Shown: positions 62,351-64,000 of the stretch, one piece after another
Numbering within the stretch: the first letter of the stretch is position 1
Layout of the letters: every line of letters begins with the position of its first letter
Source of the DNA: Ascidiella aspersa
Taxonomy: Eukaryota
Length of the DNA: 64,000 nucleotides
NCBI GenBank assembly: GCA_963924565.1
Contig: OZ004607.1
Coordinates: forward strand, 12,338,001 to 12,402,000
Reading direction: 5' to 3'
Made by a program: the position numbers and the translations under genes
The notes under the pieces: generated by a model
Told to the model about the DNA's origin: nothing
The model's database searches: none
The model's input: only the letters and a program-made list of their open reading frames with translations

Positions 62351-64000
62351 TTGGGGAAGCGAATTGCTGGGATTTGTGGCAGGGAAATTCATATAAAATA
62401 AGGCGACGCTCTTTAAACACTTTTTTAGCTTCTCTTAAACAATTGTTGTACATACACATACTATTGCTGTCAGGTATTGTTATGATTGTAAAATTGTTGT
62501 ACATATTCTTGCATGGCAAAAAATGTGTTACAACGACGCTCCCTTTAACTGTGGTTTGCTGAATGATATTATGAAGCGATCATTTCTTATCTATCAGGCA
62601 AAAATACAGAATTGTATTAAAAAATGCAATAGCTCCGTATCAGCATGATTAGAATTTCATAATATGATGACATTGGTTTGTGGATGTTATAGGTTAGGGC
62701 GCGTAACAGAAAAATGACGTATTCATCCCCAGTTTCGGGCCATTGAATATTCCTGTTTACAGCGCTTCCTTATTACCTATTTCAAGTTACAAGAGCTTGT
62801 AAGAAAAATGTTTGTTTTAAAGGCAGGTTAAATACTATTATGAGGGTGATCCTTTAAAAAAAAAACTTAATATGGAAAAATTTTTTTATAAATAGTCAAA
62901 TATCGGAACAAATTGCTGTGTATGCTTAAAAACATTTATTAAATCTGTAGTCCGCAAATTATTTTTCCTAAGACGCCTAAGGATAAGTTCGTTCAACTTG
63001 TGACGCGTACAGTGATACTGTCGTTGGCGTTTTGTTGTTGTCTCTATGTCTAGCTCACGTCCTATCGTCATACATGGTGAAAAACGTGAAACTGTGAAGA
63101 CAAAAGAAAGGAGGGGCAGTTATTTGTTCGGAATTAAATTCTATTGATTTTTAACATTGAGCAACATCTCCTTATATATTTGCATTTTTTTTAGTTTGCA
63201 CAATTCGTTCAATGTAAGTTTTACAATAACGACGCATCACAAGAAAATACGCTTTGAAGTTGTTGCTTATTCACTATTGCTTTCAACAAAAGGCAGGAAA
63301 TGGGGTGTTCCTAAAGTTGTGATTTGAAAGCTAATGTTTTGCGTGTGGATAAATCCTTATGCTTTTTGATACGAGGTATTTAAACTCGTGTGTAAACGCG
63401 GCTGCGTGATGAGAGAAAAACAGACAAAAACCCAAAACGTACCAAATGTTTAAAAGAATTCGGAAATTTAACACGAAATTATTTCGTGCACAACAAAATT
63501 AAGTCGTGATTCACAAGTTTAACGCGTTGATTTCAAACTATTGAGCTCCAAGCACAAAAATTAAGCTCTTTCAACATTTATCAAAAGATCGTGCGATCGA
63601 CGTTTAAGCTTAGACTTCATAGATATAGACTATACATAATTTGCCAAATGCGATACATAATGATTTAATAAAAAGTAGCATAAAAACAATTTACAGACCT
63701 TTCAGTCGACATTTTTACTTATTATTTATATAATTTTATTTTTATTTTAAAAGTATAATAGATTTTTCACCCGATAAACTAGGCAGAATCAGTTATTATT
63801 AAATCCATGTGCCATTTCGTTTTCCATGATTCCAAACGGTGGTGATGTCTTTATCGGCAAGGCTTGTTTATATTTTGTCTTCCGTATCACAAGCAAATGT
63901 TCTGCTGACGAGATGGAGCGTCTTTCGACGTATCTTTCGACGAAATCAATTCTTCCAACAGCTAGCTTCTTGCAAGTTCCAAAAACAGTAGATTTCAGGC

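Larger units (their letters stand above)
38455..64000 (+). repeat. Segmental duplication, copy B (probably begins between 31665 and 35790; continues right of window)
   Basis: Matches 1-20074 then 26145-31664. The junction tgatgccaaaaagt|tc|gaaccgattaaatact at 58477-58480 lacks the 6070-bp segment 20075-26144. Confidence 0.97.

Overview
AT-rich, intron-containing animal DNA. The many ~50-150 nt introns, hAT-type MITEs and intronless lineage-specific 7TM genes suggest an invertebrate chordate, probably an ascidian (inference). The window is mostly a tandem segmental duplication with a period of ~38.45 kb: 1-31664 (copy A) recurs at 38455-64000 (copy B), except that 20075-26144 is missing from B. 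Each unit has three main parts. (i) The 3' half of an ADAMTS7/12-type gene on the + strand: spacer, 3 TSP1 repeats, mucin-like insert, 4 TSP1 repeats, PLAC. (ii) Nested antisense in one ADAMTS spacer-domain intron, an 18-exon gene that I reconstruct as a single ~1200-1300 aa protein: a TSSK-like Ser/Thr kinase fused to a long Lys/Arg-rich tail with four [13 protein letters not shown]-type repeats. (iii) An intronless 318-aa 7TM/GPCR-like gene. Copy A also has a GC-rich, frameshifted 7TM paralogue. The second ADAMTS copy seems to start at the Cys-rich domain, with no protease exons visible, and one of its splice donors lies inside a perfect 176-bp palindrome. Divergence between copies is very uneven and is highest in the kinase tail. 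All gene models were spliced by eye. Sequence alone cannot exclude that the duplication is two haplotypes assembled in tandem.
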